NCBI RefSeq assembly: GCF_018350175.1
Contig: NC_058368.1
Location: 34,722,001-34,786,000, forward strand
Source: Felis catus
Lineage: Eukaryota
Direction of reading: 5' to 3'
DNA: 64,000 nt
The position numbers and the translations under genes are program-made. Shown one piece after another: positions 50,545 through 63,883 of this stretch. The first letter of the stretch is position 1; each line of letters opens with the position of its first letter. Below the pieces are notes generated by a model. The model did not search any database. It was not told the origin of the DNA and saw only the letters and a program-made list of their open reading frames with translations.

Positions 50545-53297
50545 CTCAAATAAATAAAATCATAAATAAAAGAGGAGAAATACCAACCAACAACAGAGAA
50601 ATGCAAAGGATTATAAGAGGATATTATGAAAAATTATATGCTAACAACTTGGACTACCTCAAAGGAAGGGATACAAATTGGACGACTTCTAAATTCTTAG
50701 AAATATAACCTCCCAAAACTTAATCAGGAAAAGATAAAAAATTTGAACAGACCAATTACTAGCAATGAAACTGAATCAGTAATCAAAAAGTTGTAACAAA
50801 CGAAAGTCCAGGGCAGATGTTCTGCCAAACTTTAAAGAAGCATTAGTATCTATTCTTCTCAAAATAAAAAAAATAAAAATAAAAAAAACAGAAATTGAAT
50901 GAAAACTTCCAAACTCATCCTACAAGGCCAACATTACCCTGATTCCAAAACCAGACAAAGACTCCACTAAAAAAGAGAACTACAGGCCAATATCCCTGAT
51001 GAACATGAATGCAAAAATTCTCAACAGGGGCACCTGGGTGGCTCAGGTGGTTAAGCGTCCGACTTCAGCTCAGGTCATGATCTCATGGTTCATGGATTTC
51101 AGCCCCACATCAGGCTCTGTGCTGACAGCTTGGAGCCTGGAGCCTGCTTTGGATTCTGTGTCTCCCTCTCTCTCTCTGCCCCGACCCCACTCATGCTCTG
51201 TCTCTCTCTCAAAAATAAATAAATGTTAATTTTTTAAAAAAAATTCTCAACAAAATACTAGGAAAGTGTATCCAACAGTACATTAAAAGAATCACTCACT
51301 ACAGTCCAGTGGGATTTATTCCTGGGTTTCAAGGTGGTTCAGTATTAGCAAATCAATCAATGTGATACACCACATTAATAAAGAAGAGATAAGAACCATA
51401 TGATCCTGTCAATAGATGCAGAAAAAGCATTTGACAAACTACAACATCCATGCATGATAAAAATTCTCAACAAAGTAGTGACAGAGGGAACATACCTCAA
51501 CGTCATAAAGACCATATACAAAATATAATCCTCAATGGGGAAAAACTGAGAGCTTTTCCTCTATGGTCAGGAAAAAGACAGGGATGTTCACTCTCATTAC
51601 TATCATTTAACATATTTTTGGAAGTCCTAGCCTCAGCAATCAGAAAACAAAAAGAAATAAAAGGCATCCAAATCAGCAATGAAGAAGTCAAACTTTCACT
51701 ATGTGCAGATGACATCATACTCCATTTGGAAAACCCAAAAAACTCCACCAAAAAAATTTCTAGAACTGATACACAAGTTCAGTAGTAACAAGATATAAAA
51801 TTATAATACGTTGTACAGAAATCTGTTGCATTTCTATATACCAATTATGAAGCAGCAGAAAGATCAAGGAATCAGTTCCATTTACAATTTTTCCAAAAAT
51901 TAAAAGATACCTAGGAATAAACTTAACCAGAGAGGTAAAAGATTTGTACTCTGAAAACTATAAAAACACTTATGAAAGAAACTGAAGATGACCCAAGGAA
52001 AAGGAAAAACATTCCATGTTCATGGATTGGAAGAACAAATACTTTTAAAATGTCTATACGACCTAAAGCAATCTACACATTTAATGCAACCCCTAACAAA
52101 ATACAAGTAGCACTTTTCACAGAGCTAGAACAAACAATCCTAAAGTTTGTATGGAACCACAAAAGACTCTGAATTTTCAAAGCAATCTTGACAAAGAAAA
52201 GCAAAGCTGGAGACATCACAATTCTGGACTTCAAGTTATACTATGAATCTGTAGTGATCAGACAGTATGGTACAGGCACAAAAACTGACACATAGATCAA
52301 TGGAACAGAATAGAAAACCCAGAAATGGACTCACAGCTATATGATCATCTAATCTTCAAAAAACGCATAAAGAATATCTAATGGAAAAAAAGACAGTCTT
52401 TTCAACAAATGGTGTTGGGAAAACTGGACAACAATATGCAAAAGAATGAAACTGGACCATGTTCTTACACCATAAATAAAAATAAATTCAAGATAAATGA
52501 AAGACCTAAGTGAGAGACAGGAAATCATCAAAACCCTAGAGAGGAACACAGGCAATAACCTTGACATTGGCTGTAGCAACATCTTACTAGATATGTCTCC
52601 TGAGGCAAGGGAAACAAAAGCAAAAATAAACTATTGGGGCTTCATCAAGAAAAAAGCTTCTGCACAGTGAAGGGCACAATCAACAAAACTAAAAGAAAAC
52701 CTTTGAAAATTGGAGAAGATATTTGCAAATGACATATCTGATAAAGAGTTAGTATGCAAAATATATAAAGTACTTATCAAACTCAACACCTCTCTCCCTC
52801 ACCAAAAAAATAAAAATTAAAAAAAAATAATGCAGTGAAGAAATGGGCAGAAGACATGAATAGACATTTTTTTTCTAAATAAGACATACAGATGGCTAAC
52901 AGACATATGAACATCACTCATTATCAGGAAAAAATACAAATCAAAACTATAATGAGATATCACTTTACACCTGTCAGAATTGCTAAAGTTAACAATATAG
53001 GAATCAATAGATGTTGGGGAGGATGTGGAGAAAGGGAACACTCTTAAACTTTTGGGAATGAAAACTGATGCAGCCCCTCTGGAAAACAGTGTGGAAGTTC
53101 CTCAAAAAGTTAAAAATAGAACTATCCTATGACCCAGCAACTGTAATACTAGGTATACACCCACAGTATACAAAAATACAGATTTGAAGGGATACATGCA
53201 CCCTGATGTTTATGGTAGCATTACCAACAATAGACAAACTATGGAAGCTGCCCAAGGGTCCATCGATAGATGAATGAATAAAGAAGAGGTGATATAT

Positions 53298-53347
<50 letters not shown>

Positions 53348-53755
53348 GAATATTACTCATCCATAAAAAAGAATGAAATCTCTCCATTTGCAATGATGTG
53401 GATAGAGCCAGAGAGTATTATGCTAAGCAAAATAAGTCAGTCAGAAAAAGACAAATATCATACAATTTCATTAATATGTGTAATTAAGAAATAAAACAGA
53501 TGAACATGGCGTGTGGTGTGGGGGGAGAGGCAAAACACAAAACAGACTCTTACTTATAGAGAACAAACTGAGGGTTGCTGGAGAGGAGGTAGGTGGGGGG
53601 GGGGCGGTAAATGTGTGATGGGTATTAAAAAGGGCACTTGTGATGAGCACTGGGTATGCAAGTGATGAAACACTACATTCTACACTGGAAACCAATATTG
53701 CACTGTATGGTAACTAACTGGAATTTAAATAAAAACTTGAAAAAGAAAAGAAAAG
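50545..53755 (+). mobile_element. 5'-truncated carnivore L1: decayed ORF2 reverse transcriptase to 3' UTR, with (CA)n at 53299-53344
   Basis: Translations [47 protein letters not shown][C]ADD and NIPCSWIGR; frameshifts and stops throughout; A-rich 3' end at ~53730-53755. Confidence 0.97.
51027..51238 (+). mobile_element. CAN-SINE inserted in the L1 RT region
   Basis: TSD aaaaattctcaaca at 51013-51026 and 51239-51252. Confidence 0.98.
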
Positions 53756-55094
53756 CACTATCTAAAAAGAACAACAAAAAATTAGGCTTCCAATCTTCTG
53801 AAGACTTTAAGAAAAAGTAAAACTACTTCTATCTTTGCCAGTGAAAAATGAGAGGAAAATCATGGAAGATTTCATAAAGGAGATCACATCAGAGCTAAAT
53901 CTTGAGAAAATGGATTGTGGTCGGTGGAAATGGCAAAAATAACAGTAAGATAACATTTGTGCCAGATGCAATACGATAAGTAAAGATGAGGAAATATTTG
54001 TCAATTTAATGATGGTGAATGGTCCAGTTTACTTAGTTTTAGAATATCTCTGTCGATGCTGAAAAATATAAAGCTAGAAAAGTAGTTAAATATGTGAACA
54101 GAGAGAATGAAATGATTGTCTCTGGAATTTCAACTTCATTTGACAAATTTTGAAGAGGAAATGGAGTTTGTTTTTTTCTTAAGTGTCAGCATGATGGGCT
54201 AAACAATTGGGAGGTGGCAAAAATAAAGAAAAAAATACAGGAAACAGAGGAGATAGGTTATGGAGCAAGTGCTACTAAAATATGGAAATCAAGAGGATCA
54301 CTAGCTTTGGGCTTGGTGAGCTTCGAAGGGTATAAAGGCATTTGTTTTACTGAATAAGTAATAGGAACAGGAAGGAAAGTTCAACAATGTTTTGAGCTAG
54401 AAACAAAGGAAGCTGAAATCTCTTTTGTGTCATTAATCCTAGTGTCTCTAAGAATTTTCATAACCTTATAGGAAAAATTTCCCACCAACATTTCCAACAA
54501 GAAATTTTTTTTTCTCCTTTAGAGTGACATCTTGGCAGTTTTTTTTATATTTGGAAGAGTAGAAAATGAATCAACAACTGACTTTTAAAATGAATTTTTC
54601 ATTAATACAAATATACATTATAGTATATAAGCAAACTTTTAAAGGAAATTGCATTATATTTTAATTAAGCAGAATATATTTAAATGTGGTAAATCATTAA
54701 TTAACATAGTTTGTTTATTTTGAAAATGAAGATTTTCAATAAAGAGTCCAACAGTCTTATACATATACTGAAATCACATTTTAACTTATTCATATAGAAA
54801 TTCTCATTATTCAGAAAATTATTGGGGGAATAATTGCATGTATGAAGTTTTAATTTCGTGAGCAACAGAGTAACATGTATATCTAAGCAAGACTGTTAAT
54901 GTCTCTAAAATTATGGTTGTTTAATTCTAGAGAAATAAAATTAGGAAGCAAAAGAAATTCCTACTGGACCAGACTGAAAAGGAAGGTATATCTATCCTGA
55001 TTTGGGCTTGGATATGACATTTAAATCTTGATTTCTTCCAATCTAGTAATCTATTGTCCTCTTTGATTAGTTGTCCATAAAATGCTGTCATAGA

Positions 55095-55808
55095 ACAAAA
55101 TTAAACATATCCCTACCATATCATCCAGCAATTATGTCCCTTGGTATTTAACTAAAGGAGTTAAAAACACATGTCTACACAGAAACCTGTAAATAGATAT
55201 TTACAGCAGCTCTATTAATAATTGCCAAAACTAGGAAGAAACCAAAATGTCCTTCAGTAAGTGAATGGATAAATAATCTGTGGTACATGCAGACCATGGA
55301 ATACCATTCAGCTCCAAAAAGAAATGAGCTATCAAGCCATGAAAAGACATGGAGGAAACTTAGATACATATTAACTAAGTGAAAGAAGGCAATATGAAAA
55401 GACTATGTACTATATAATCCTAACTACATAGCATTTGGGAAAAGGCAAAATTATGGGGACCATAAAAAGCCAGTACCTGCGAGGGGTCGGAGGCTGTGGA
55501 TGAACAGGTGGAGCACAGAGAATTTTAGGGCAGTACAATATCCTGTGTAGTACTATAATGATGGGCACATGCTATCATACATCTATCCAAACCCATAGAA
55601 TGTATAACAACAGTGAACCCTAATGTAAACTATGAACTTTGAGTGAATATAATGTGTCAAACAAATTTTAACAAATGTATCACTCTGGTGGTGGATATTG
55701 ATAATGGGGAGGTGATTGCACATACAGGGTATGGGGTATATGAGAAATCTTTGTATCTTCCTCTCAATTTTTCTGTGAACTGAAAACTGCTCTAAAAATA
55801 GTCTTAAA
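55095..55808 (+). mobile_element. L1MC-type 3' end
   Basis: taccatatcatccagcaatt...atcaagccatgaaaagacatggaggaaactt...aaacccatagaatgtataac...gtgaaccctaatgtaaactatg...aaaactgctctaaaaata. Confidence 0.92.
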
Positions 55809-56431
55809 ATGCTATCTTAGACTTCTAGTTATACTCACTTCCAACAGTACTCTGTGTACTATTCTTCTGATAATCAAAACTATAACTTTCTGTTTATGTT
55901 TTTATATCTCAAGCTACAAACTAAGAGAATATACCCATTTGACAAGTCCTTAATCAATTCCATTTTCTCAGAATGCCTTCACATCTTTCATTAATCTGCA
56001 TATTCTCTTATAATTAAGCATTTACTTTATGTGTCCTGTTATTTTCTTTCTGTGCTCAACATTATGCTCTACTCCAAACTGTATTTACAGTTTTTCTTAA
56101 GGTTTCTTAATTCCTCCCTGTGTCTGGTTGCCTCTCACATACTGAAGCCTTTTCAGATGTCAATTTAAATTACGTAGATTAGGAAAAAGGTGATCATTCT
56201 CCTCTTTCAGATTTTAAATTTCCTGAAGATGATGACCCAATGTAAAATCTGTTCGCTTTTGTATGCTTAACCTTTCACCATCTACATTCAAGTTATCATG
56301 TATTAGGACTATTAAAATAATATCTTAACTAGTCTCCATATTTTATTTACTGACTGACCCACATCTGTCCTTATAGGACATCATTCTTTATCAATAGCAG
56401 AAGCTGATTGGCTGGTTGGCTTATTTATTTG

Positions 56432-56463
56432 TTCATTCATTCATTCATTCATTCATTCATTCA
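56432..56463. repeat. (TTCA)n repeat, next to decayed L2-like sequence (~56560-56950)
   Basis: Tetranucleotide run seen directly. Confidence 0.85.
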
Positions 56464-57061
56464 AAATGTCTTCTTAATTTCCCTTCAGCATCTTTTCTTT
56501 TTCTTTTCTTTTTTTTCCTTGCAAACAAATAAAGTTTATTTGAACTTTAAATTTTTCAGTGTTTTTTCATTAAGCATATGGTCAAACTTCAAATACTTTC
56601 CTAGATCTACAAGTCTGTATTTATTCTGATTTGCTACATCTGTAGATTTACCTTGTGCCAATCTCTCCCTTATTTGCTATACCCCAAACCCACTGGATTT
56701 TTTTTTATGTTTCTCACACATGCCAAACTCTTTCATGCTCAGAATTTTGCAGCAGCTCTTTTCTTCATCTTTCCCTATGTATTCATATGACTGGCTTCAA
56801 TCTTCCTAGCTCAAATTACATATCATCTTCTAGGCATGGATATACGTGGCCACCCTGAACAATCATGACACATTATTCTCTATCAAAGCACTTTTTAAAT
56901 TTAGTCTCCTTCAGATCTTTTTGATTGTTTGTTTCTCTTTCTCTAGATCTTTGTGATATGTATTTATTGATAATGTAATTTGATTAAAAGTTTAATATTT
57001 TCCCCTTTGGTTTGAAATTCTTTTAGGATGGATGTTTATCTGTATCAAAAAGCCTATGATT

Positions 57062-57270
57062 GGGGCGCCTGGGTGGCGCAGTCGGTTAAGCGTCCGACTT
57101 CAGCCAGGTCACGATCTCGCGGTCCGTGAGTTTGAGCCCTGCGTCAGGCTCTGGGCTGATGGCTCAGAGCCTGGAGCCTGTTTCCGATTCTGTGTCTCCC
57201 TCTCTCTCTGCCCCTCCCCCGTTCATGCTCTGTCTCTCTCTGTCCCCAAAATAAATAAACGTTGAAAAAA
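57062..57270 (+). mobile_element. Young cat-type CAN-SINE
   Basis: CpG-rich body; near-TSD aaaaagcctatgat / aaaaagccttttgat. Confidence 0.98.
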
Positions 57271-60200
57271 AAAAAGCCTTTTGATAATGCACTTAAAATA
57301 GTAGGGATACTTAACTTATGTTAAGTATGTTAAGTAAATGAATAAACAAAAATGAATCAACAGGTGAATGGTTTATAATGTCTCATCATCAAGTACTTCT
57401 TATGCAACTTTCCTTTAAAATTTAAATGTTTTAAACTTTTCATCTCTAGAACATAAGAAAGGTGAATAAATTGGCTCTGTTTCATTTGATTTTATATGCA
57501 TACAAGAAGTAAGAATTTGTTATGTATTTATTTGTAGCATCCTTCCCCCACACACTACTGCAATATATCAGGACATCTCATTTTAATAAAATTCCTACAA
57601 ATACACAGCTATGATTGAAATCTTAAGTCTCTATTAAATATATCACAATGCAAAACAAATTCCATTTGCTATCAATATTCCATACATGTTATGTTTAAAT
57701 ACATATTCAGTCAGTTTTAAACTAGAGAAACATGTAATACATATTTGCTTTAATTTCATTTATGTTTTAAGCTATCCCTCCTAAAATATTCCAACCAAGA
57801 CATAGAATAGTGCCATTTTACCAGGTATAGTATTTGTTTCAAAGATTATTCATTTGTTATAAAATGACACAATTTTAATTGTTAAAATAACCTATATAAG
57901 CAGCATAATTTTATATGATACCTGAGTTTAAGTACCAATATAATTGTTTCTAATTCCTATGTATTTAGATAAAATTATTCAATTTTTAGAATGTTCTTTA
58001 TTTTTTGTCACATAGACATAATAATAGTTACAAGAGATGTAAAACTAATTTATGTGAAAGAAGTTTTTTTAATGCCCATATCATACAAATGTTAGCTTAA
58101 AATAGTACACTATAGTCTATATAATAATAGATGACATGAAAAAGGAACACTAATATCATTAAGCACTTGTCCCAAGAATTTGTTCCACATCTCAGTACTT
58201 TCTCTCTGGTTGCAAGGATCCATAGAAATTATACATGAGTCCCTCATTTTTTTATGTTTGTAACAAATGGAAAACATCAAATTAGAATTCAGTCTTTTTT
58301 CTCCCCATGACTCTCAGTATCCAGTTTCCATTTCAACGACCAGTGCATTTGTTTAAACCACCAGGGTGCCTACCTCTAAGAGAAGGTGGAGGCGTATACA
58401 CACTTTTATGTCATCTTGTCATGCTGTGGTATCTCAAGGTGCTTTGCAATAACATTAAACTTAAAAAAGTTATCACTCCTGCTGAGTTAATTAGTTAAAA
58501 TCAGATAAGTGGCAATGACAACAAACACATCTTCCATTCAGGCTTCAACCTGGAGTCAATATCAATAGACATGGAGGAGCTCCTTAAAGCAGGTGCCTTG
58601 TAGTTCAAAAGGAGACCACCTGCAGAGACATATTTCAGCAGGGAAGATGTAAGGAGACTGGCTTTAGCTGACTTCAGCTTCTGAGCAGTGAAAAGAATCC
58701 CTATCCCAAGAAGGCAAGTCTTTATTTTTGATGAGCACTGTGAGTTAAAGTTACCTTAGTGGTATAACATGAAATTTGACAAGTGCCACTGGAAAAAAAG
58801 GCTTACATCCAGTGATGTAAATTTTGAATAGTTGGCAGCAACTGTGTTTTAAATCAGTCATAACTCAATTAAATAAATGAGTTAGGCTATCCATGAAGGA
58901 AATGTCAGATGTTTTACACCTTGTAGAAAAATGGCCATGATACCCTCTGAAACCATACCAAGAAAAGATGATGCTCTTTCATTCTTGCTACAAGAAGATA
59001 TAATCAACAGATTGAGATCAATAAAGCATGAATCTAAATTGCTTAACCATAGTAATGTTAATAATATTGAACACTCTAGAAGGCTATAGGGTAAACTCAA
59101 GGAAGAAAACCTCAGAAAGAGCATTTAACATTTGTACAATACCACTAAAATTCTGCAAATTCCTGTGTGACATCAAGATGGTGACATAGATCATTCCCAT
59201 CTCATTCTTCCTCTCAAAACCAAACAGCAATTATACATAGACAAGATGTCATTGTGAAAATACTGGAACACAGAGATGAAGCAGAAGCACTCCCTGGACC
59301 AGAGACCAAGGACAACCACATAAAAAGGGTAAGCAGAGTGATTATACATTGACCACAATAACCCTCCCCCAGGTCAACACAGTACCGCACAAATAGGGAC
59401 CACTGAGCCTATGGTCTCTCCAGTGGGCAGAGAACACAAAGTAGATATCCAGCTCCCCCAGCATTATGGATTACCTCCTAGGAGGCCCAATTAGGTCTTT
59501 CCTCACAGAGATTACAGGGGGAATCTTTGGGGCTTGACCACTGAAAATCATATTGTGACGTACACGGGGGGTAACCAATGTTTGGATCTTGGCATACAAA
59601 ATTCTTACATGCTGGAGCACCCAAGCATAAATCCAAACAAGTTGCTCTGCCCATTTGCAGAGCCAAGAGAGTGGTCCTATCTTGCAAGGGAACTCCATGC
59701 ACAGTTCTGCCAGATTCAGGACCCCAACCAAGAGTCTTACTGGCCTTGGAACATGTTCTGCCACTCAGGCTGGGTATTGGGACTAATTTATAGCCATACC
59801 TACTGCTGAGTGTGGTACCCATACCTACCCAACAAGGGAATCTGAGCAGAGTACTCAGGAAGCTGTGTAGCTCAGCAACACTCAGCAGAATGCCCAGCCA
59901 GTGGCTGTACACCTTTGCAGAGCCAAGCCAACAAGGAGTTTGGTGCACATTTCTACCTAATTTTGGACTGCAAAAAAATGCCAGCCTAGAAGTCTATTCT
60001 GCCATCCTACAAAGGCAAGGTAGATAATACACAGTCCTGTTTGCTACTAAATGTAGTCCCCAACCCTGCCCAAAATGGAAACCTGAGCAGAGAACTTGAG
60101 AAGCTAAATAACCCAGCAATACTGAAGTACAGAGCTGGGACAGTGACTCTGCCCATGTTTAATTAGGCTGACAGCCCCATCTAGTCAGGGATTTTGATGT

Positions 60201-60924
60201 GCAGTTCTAACCTATTTCCCAAAACAGTGAGTCTTGTTGGCCTTGGGGTCTGTTCTTTACCTCCACCAAGACAGGGTAGCTAATTTGTAGGCCTGCCCAC
60301 TCTTGAATCAGGTCTTCAGTCCTGACTGAAAACCTAACCAGAGCACCTAGAAGACTGTATAGCCCACCTGTGGCACCTATACAGTGGCATTTGACTTGAA
60401 ATTGGAGCAAGAGACTGCCATCTGCAGAGCAAACCTGGTGGCCCCAGATGAGCAGGAAATCCAGTGCACAGTTCTGCCTAACTTAGGTTTCCAAACAATG
60501 AGATGTTCTAGCTTTGGAACCTGTTCTGCCGCCCCTCACAGGCAGGGAAGCTAATTTATAGCCCTGTTTAATGTTGAGCATAGTAAGTAGTCTTACTCAA
60601 CTAGGATGCCTGACCAAGAAATCCAGACAACCATGGAGCATATCCTACAGCCACACTTGGAAAGGAAGCCACGAGTAGTCCTATCCAATTATTCCCATCT
60701 AGTAGCATTCTCCCATGACCTCAGAGTTCAGGCAGTGGTCTCACGCAAAAAAATGGATCCCCAAAGCAGGCCCTACCTGTCCAGACTCTATGAGCTGACC
60801 CTTCCAGAACACTAAGCTAATCTGACTAGCAAAAGACTTGTCTCTGCCAAAGCAAACAGGTAAAATATGGAAGAGGAGACCATATATTTAAATACTAATA
60901 TACTAATATAAAGAATCAAGAATC

Positions 60925-61126
60925 AGTCCCCTGGGTGTCTCACTCAGTCAGTTGAGCGTCTGACTTTGGCTCAAGTAATAATCTCATAGTTCATGAGTAC
61001 GAGCCCCACATCAGGCTCACTGCTCTCAACCTGTCAGCACAAAGCCTGCTTCAGATCCTCTGTCCTCCTCTTTCTACCCATCACCTGCTCATGCTTTCCC
61101 CCAAAGTAAATATTTTGAAAAAAAAT
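60925..61126 (+). mobile_element. CAN-SINE (older) inside L1
   Basis: cagtcagttgagcgtctgactttggctcaag...gagccccacatcaggctc...gcctgcttcagatcctctgtc, then an A tail. Confidence 0.92.
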
Positions 61127-62134
61127 AGCATCAAGGGTGACACACACATACACATATACACACACAAAGTAAACATGGCACCACCAAAGGAAACTAATGA
61201 AGCATAAGTGATCCTAAAGAAATGAAGATCTATGAACTGTCTGCTAAAGAATTCAGAATACTCCTCTTAAATTAGTTTAGTAAACTACAAGAACATATAA
61301 ATAGGTAACTAAGGAAAATTAGAAAACAATGCATGAAAAAAATGTGAAGTTAAAGAAGTAAAAACCATCAAAAAGAAAAAAACAAACAAACAGAAATCCT
61401 AGATCTGAAGAATACAATGATTGAAAGAAAATAATTCAATGGAGAACTTCAATAGCCAATCAGCCAAGGAGAAGTACAACTCAGTGAAATAGAGATAGGA
61501 CATTTGAAATCAACAAAACATAGGAGCCAAAAAAGAAAAAGAAAAGTGTGAAGAAAATCTACAGAACTTATGGGATACCATCAGGAGAAAATATATTTTC
61601 AGTATAGGAATCCCAGAAGAAGATCAAAAGAAATGTAAAAATGAAGTTAATTAAAAAAAAAAGTAAGGGAAATTATATTTCAGACAATAAAAGTTGAAAA
61701 CTTCCCAATAAAATATGAAGTTGAAATAAAAGTTGAAAACTTCCCAATTCTTTTTGATAAACTGACATCCAGAATCATGAGCCCAAAAGATCCCAAACAG
61801 GTTGACCACACAAAGGTATATGCTGAGACACATTATAATTAAACTCAAAAGTCAAAGACAAAGAGAAAATTTTGGAAGCAGCAAAAAAAAGTGATATGTT
61901 ACAAACAAGTGAACTGTAGGTGAATTTCTCAAAATCAATTTTTCAGGTCAGGAGAGAATAGAATGATGTATTTTACACATTGAAGACAAAAATTGTCAAT
62001 CAAGAATACTATACCTGGAAAAGTGGTCCTTTGGAGATGATGGAGAAATAAATATACTGCTGAACAAACAAAGCTGAAGAATATATCATCACTAGATAAG
62101 CACTGGACCTACCTTATAAGAAATGCTAAAGGGA

Positions 62135-62309
62135 GGGGCACCTGAGTGGCTCAGTTGCTTAAGCGTCTGACTTGATTTTGGCTAAGATCATGATCTCATG
62201 GTTTGTTAGATCCAGCCAGATCAGGCTCTGTGATGAAATCAAGGGAGCTTGCTTGGGATTCTCTCTCTCCCTCTCTCTGCCTCCACCCCTTCAAAATAAA
62301 TAAACTCGA

Positions 62310-62369
<60 letters not shown>

Positions 62370-62389
62370 AGAAAGAAAGAGAGAAAGAG

Positions 62390-62428
<39 letters not shown>

Positions 62429-62432
62429 CTGA
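62135..62432 (+). mobile_element. CAN-SINE whose tail has expanded into a ~120-bp (GAAA)n repeat (62308-62428)
   Basis: TSD ctaaaggga at 62126-62134 and 62433-62441. Confidence 0.95.
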
Positions 62433-62743
62433 CTAAAGGGAATTTTTCAAGTGGAAATAAAAGAATGTTAATTAACATCATGAAAACAGATAAATGTAGG
62501 TGTAAAACTCACTGGTAATTGTAAATCTATAGTCAAAGTCAGGTTTACTCATATTGTAAAAGAAATGGTGCATAATTCACTTTCAACTATAGTTTAAAAG
62601 TTAAAAAACCAATTAAAAGTAACCATAATTATAATAATTTATTTTTGGATACACAATGTAAAAAAATATGTAAGTTGTAGTATTAATAACCTAAATGTGA
62701 GGGGGAGAGGGAAAAGTAAAAGTGTAATTTTACAAATGTTATT

Positions 62744-62968
62744 TTTTTAAAAATTTTTTTTTCAACGTTTATTTATTTTTTTTGGGACAGAGAGAGACAG
62801 AGCATGAACGGGTGAGGGGCAGAGAGAGAGGGAGACACAGAATCCGAAACAGTCTCCAGGCTCTGAGCCATCAGCCCAAAGCCTGACGCGGGGCTCGAAC
62901 CCACGGACCGCGAGATCGTGACCTGGCTGAAGTTGGACGCTTAACCGACTGCGCCACCCAGGCGCCCC
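62744..62968 (-). mobile_element. Young cat-type CAN-SINE
   Basis: TSD tacaaatgttatt at 62731-62743 and 62969-62981; CpGs retained. Confidence 0.98.
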
Positions 62969-63883
62969 TACAAATGTTATTAAAGTTAAGATGTTGCTCA
63001 CTTAAAGTATGGTATTAAAAATATATCTTATATAAGACTCATGAAAACCACAGGAAAAAACCCTTAGTAGATATAGAAAAGATTATAATAAATAAGAGAA
63101 AACATACCACTACAAAAAATCAAGTCACAAAAAAAAACAGACAAATAAGCAAGAAGCAACAGATCTGCAGTCAGAAAACAGTGAACAATGTCAGAAAACT
63201 TTGGCACTAATAATTCCTTACCTAACATTTTAACAATAACTACTTTAAGTATAAATGGATCAAATTCTCCAACTAAATGACATATAAAATAACTGAATGT
63301 ATAAAAATTGTGATCCAACAAGATCACAGTAAACAGCTAAAAAGTGAAAGGATAGAAAAATATATATATATTTCAAGCAAATGGTAACTAAAAGGAAGGA
63401 GTATATCAGAAACAAATATACTTTAAGCTAAAAATGGTCAAAAAGAGACAAGGTTATTATAAAATGATAAAGTAGCCAAACTTTCGAGAAGAAATAACAA
63501 TTGTAAACATTTATGCACCCAATATCAGATCACCTAAATATGCAGAACAGACACCAACAAAACTAAATGGAGAAATAAGCAATAATACAATAATTGTTAG
63601 GGACTTTACTATCCCATTCTCAGCAATGGATAGAACACCTAGATCACAGAGAATCAATAAGGAAACCATGGATTTGAACAACACCAGAGACCAAGCAGAC
63701 CTAAGAGATATATAGAGAAAATTCATCTAACTATAGCAGAATACACATTATTCTCAAGGGCAAATGGAACATTGCCTAAAATATATCATATGTTAGATCA
63801 CAAAACAAGGCTCAGTAAATTTAAGAAGACTGAAATCATGCCAAGTGTTTATTCCGACTACAATGGTAAAAAACTAGAAATCA

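Larger units (their letters stand above)
59165..63883 (+). mobile_element. 5'-intact old L1: 5'UTR (~59165-60890), decayed ORF1 (~60890-62450), inter-ORF spacer and start of the ORF2 endonuclease (~63195 onward); probably continues past the window
   Basis: YY1-like caagatggtgac at 59174; ORF1-like NMAPPKETN...DPKEMKIYELSAKEFRI; endonuclease-like ITIVNIYAPN...PKY and NTIIVRDFTIPFSAMDR; many frameshifts. Confidence 0.9.

Noticed and set aside
51450..52172. Reverse-transcriptase-like ORFs as a possible novel or active RT system
   Set aside because: They are fragments of an ordinary dead L1 ORF2: frameshifted, SINE-interrupted, catalytic motif altered to CADD.
59471..60815. Dense cluster of ORFs on both strands (up to 156 aa)
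   Set aside because: Explained by the GC-richer tandemly repeated L1 5'UTR; no coherent protein signal.
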